Assembly (NCBI GenBank): GCA_046758305.1
Contig: JBHHZW010000001.1
Location: 1 to 34,706 of the forward strand
Direction: 5' to 3'
DNA: 34,706 bases
From: Bacteroidota bacterium
GTDB taxonomy: Bacteria; Bacteroidota; Ignavibacteria; UBA10030; JAZGDE01
The notes below the pieces were generated by a model. The model saw only the letters and a list, made by a program, of their open reading frames with translations, was not told where the DNA came from and searched no databases. Below are positions 34,504 through 34,706 of this stretch, one piece after another (positions within the stretch are counted from its first letter, which is position 1; every line of letters begins with the position of its first letter). The position numbers were made by a program, and so were the translations under genes.

Positions 34504-34706
34504 AAATCCTGATTGCAGCGGATGGGAACACGCTCGACAGCCGTATTTCGAAGCGATTTGGGAAAGGCGCTTGGTATCTAATCGTTGATCTCGAGACAAT
34601 GAGAGTGAACGCGTTCGAAAACGTGGAGCCTCGGGATCACCACGAGATCGTCCCGAAGGCCGCTGAGTAGGGTGTGACTACCATCGTCACAAGCAACATC
34701 GGGCCG
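34500..34706 (+). pseudogene. NifB/NifX-type (Nitro_FeMo-Co domain) small protein cut by an in-frame TAG at 34668-34670; the same frame continues to the window end. Not in the ORF track.
   Basis: The ATG at 34500 overlaps the cfa stop (ATGA). The product reads MKILIAADGNTLDSRISKRFGKGAWYLIVDLETMRV...EIVPKAAE[TAG]GVTTIVTSNIGP. The HFG-like block and the downstream GV..V..G.IGP block are the two hallmarks of this domain, and they lie on opposite sides of the stop. Confidence 0.5.

Noticed and set aside
1-34706. Genome-wide reassignment of TAG (for example to pyrrolysine or another amino acid) as the explanation for the two in-frame ambers
   Set aside because: TAG is the apparent terminator of 10 of the 25 complete genes in this window (ftsH, hpt, the nucleotidyltransferase, the OM barrel, the ATP-grasp 3' end, the activator, nifJ, the DHOD-like gene, osmC, the PLP enzyme). 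Protein ends fall at the expected positions, so TAG functions as a normal stop.
1-34706. CRISPR arrays, transposases, integrases, phage genes, toxin-antitoxin or known defence genes
   Set aside because: I found no regularly spaced repeats, no IS-like terminal inverted repeats flanking an ORF, and no ORF with recombinase, nuclease or defence-type motifs. The window reads as core chromosome.

Overview
This is a chromosomal region from a diderm bacterium with about 30 genes. I found no rRNA, tRNA, CRISPR array, transposase or integrase. Gene content (a DUF4837-type lipoprotein, tilS-hpt-ftsH synteny, sigma-54 control, nifJ-type PFOR) suggests an FCB-group-like lineage (Ignavibacteriota, Chlorobiota or Bacteroidota relatives), but that is inference only.

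Layout:
- 1-5777, minus strand: a partial lipoprotein, a polyprenol/DAG-kinase-family protein, ftsH, hpt and tilS.
- 6175-12470, tightly spaced plus-strand array: GT4 glycosyltransferase, NAD-epimerase, nucleotidyltransferase, then an Mla-like lipid ABC transporter (mlaE, mlaF, an embedded outer-membrane beta-barrel, a long mlaD).
- 12676-17893, inositol cluster: an ATP-grasp gene split by an in-frame TAG, a CDP-alcohol phosphatidyltransferase, a UPF0104 membrane protein, a HAD hydrolase, myo-inositol-1-phosphate synthase and a terminator.
- 17961-20747: a PAS histidine kinase and an NtrC-type sigma-54 activator.
- 21132-25746: PFOR plus a dihydroorotate-dehydrogenase-like gene, behind a near-consensus -24/-12 promoter.
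- Right end: osmC, acnA, a Cys/Met PLP enzyme behind a perfect TGGCAC-N5-TTGC promoter, a ZIP transporter, a decayed dehydrogenase remnant, a cfa-family methyltransferase, and a NifX-like ORF also cut by an in-frame TAG.

The best candidate for something undescribed is the envelope-lipid supercluster at 6175-17893. It places sugar-nucleotide and glycosyltransferase genes, an atypical Mla system with its own outer-membrane barrel, and an inositol-headgroup pathway with two unassigned partners (an ATP-grasp enzyme and a UPF0104 protein) side by side.

All family calls come from motif reading and memory. No searches were run.
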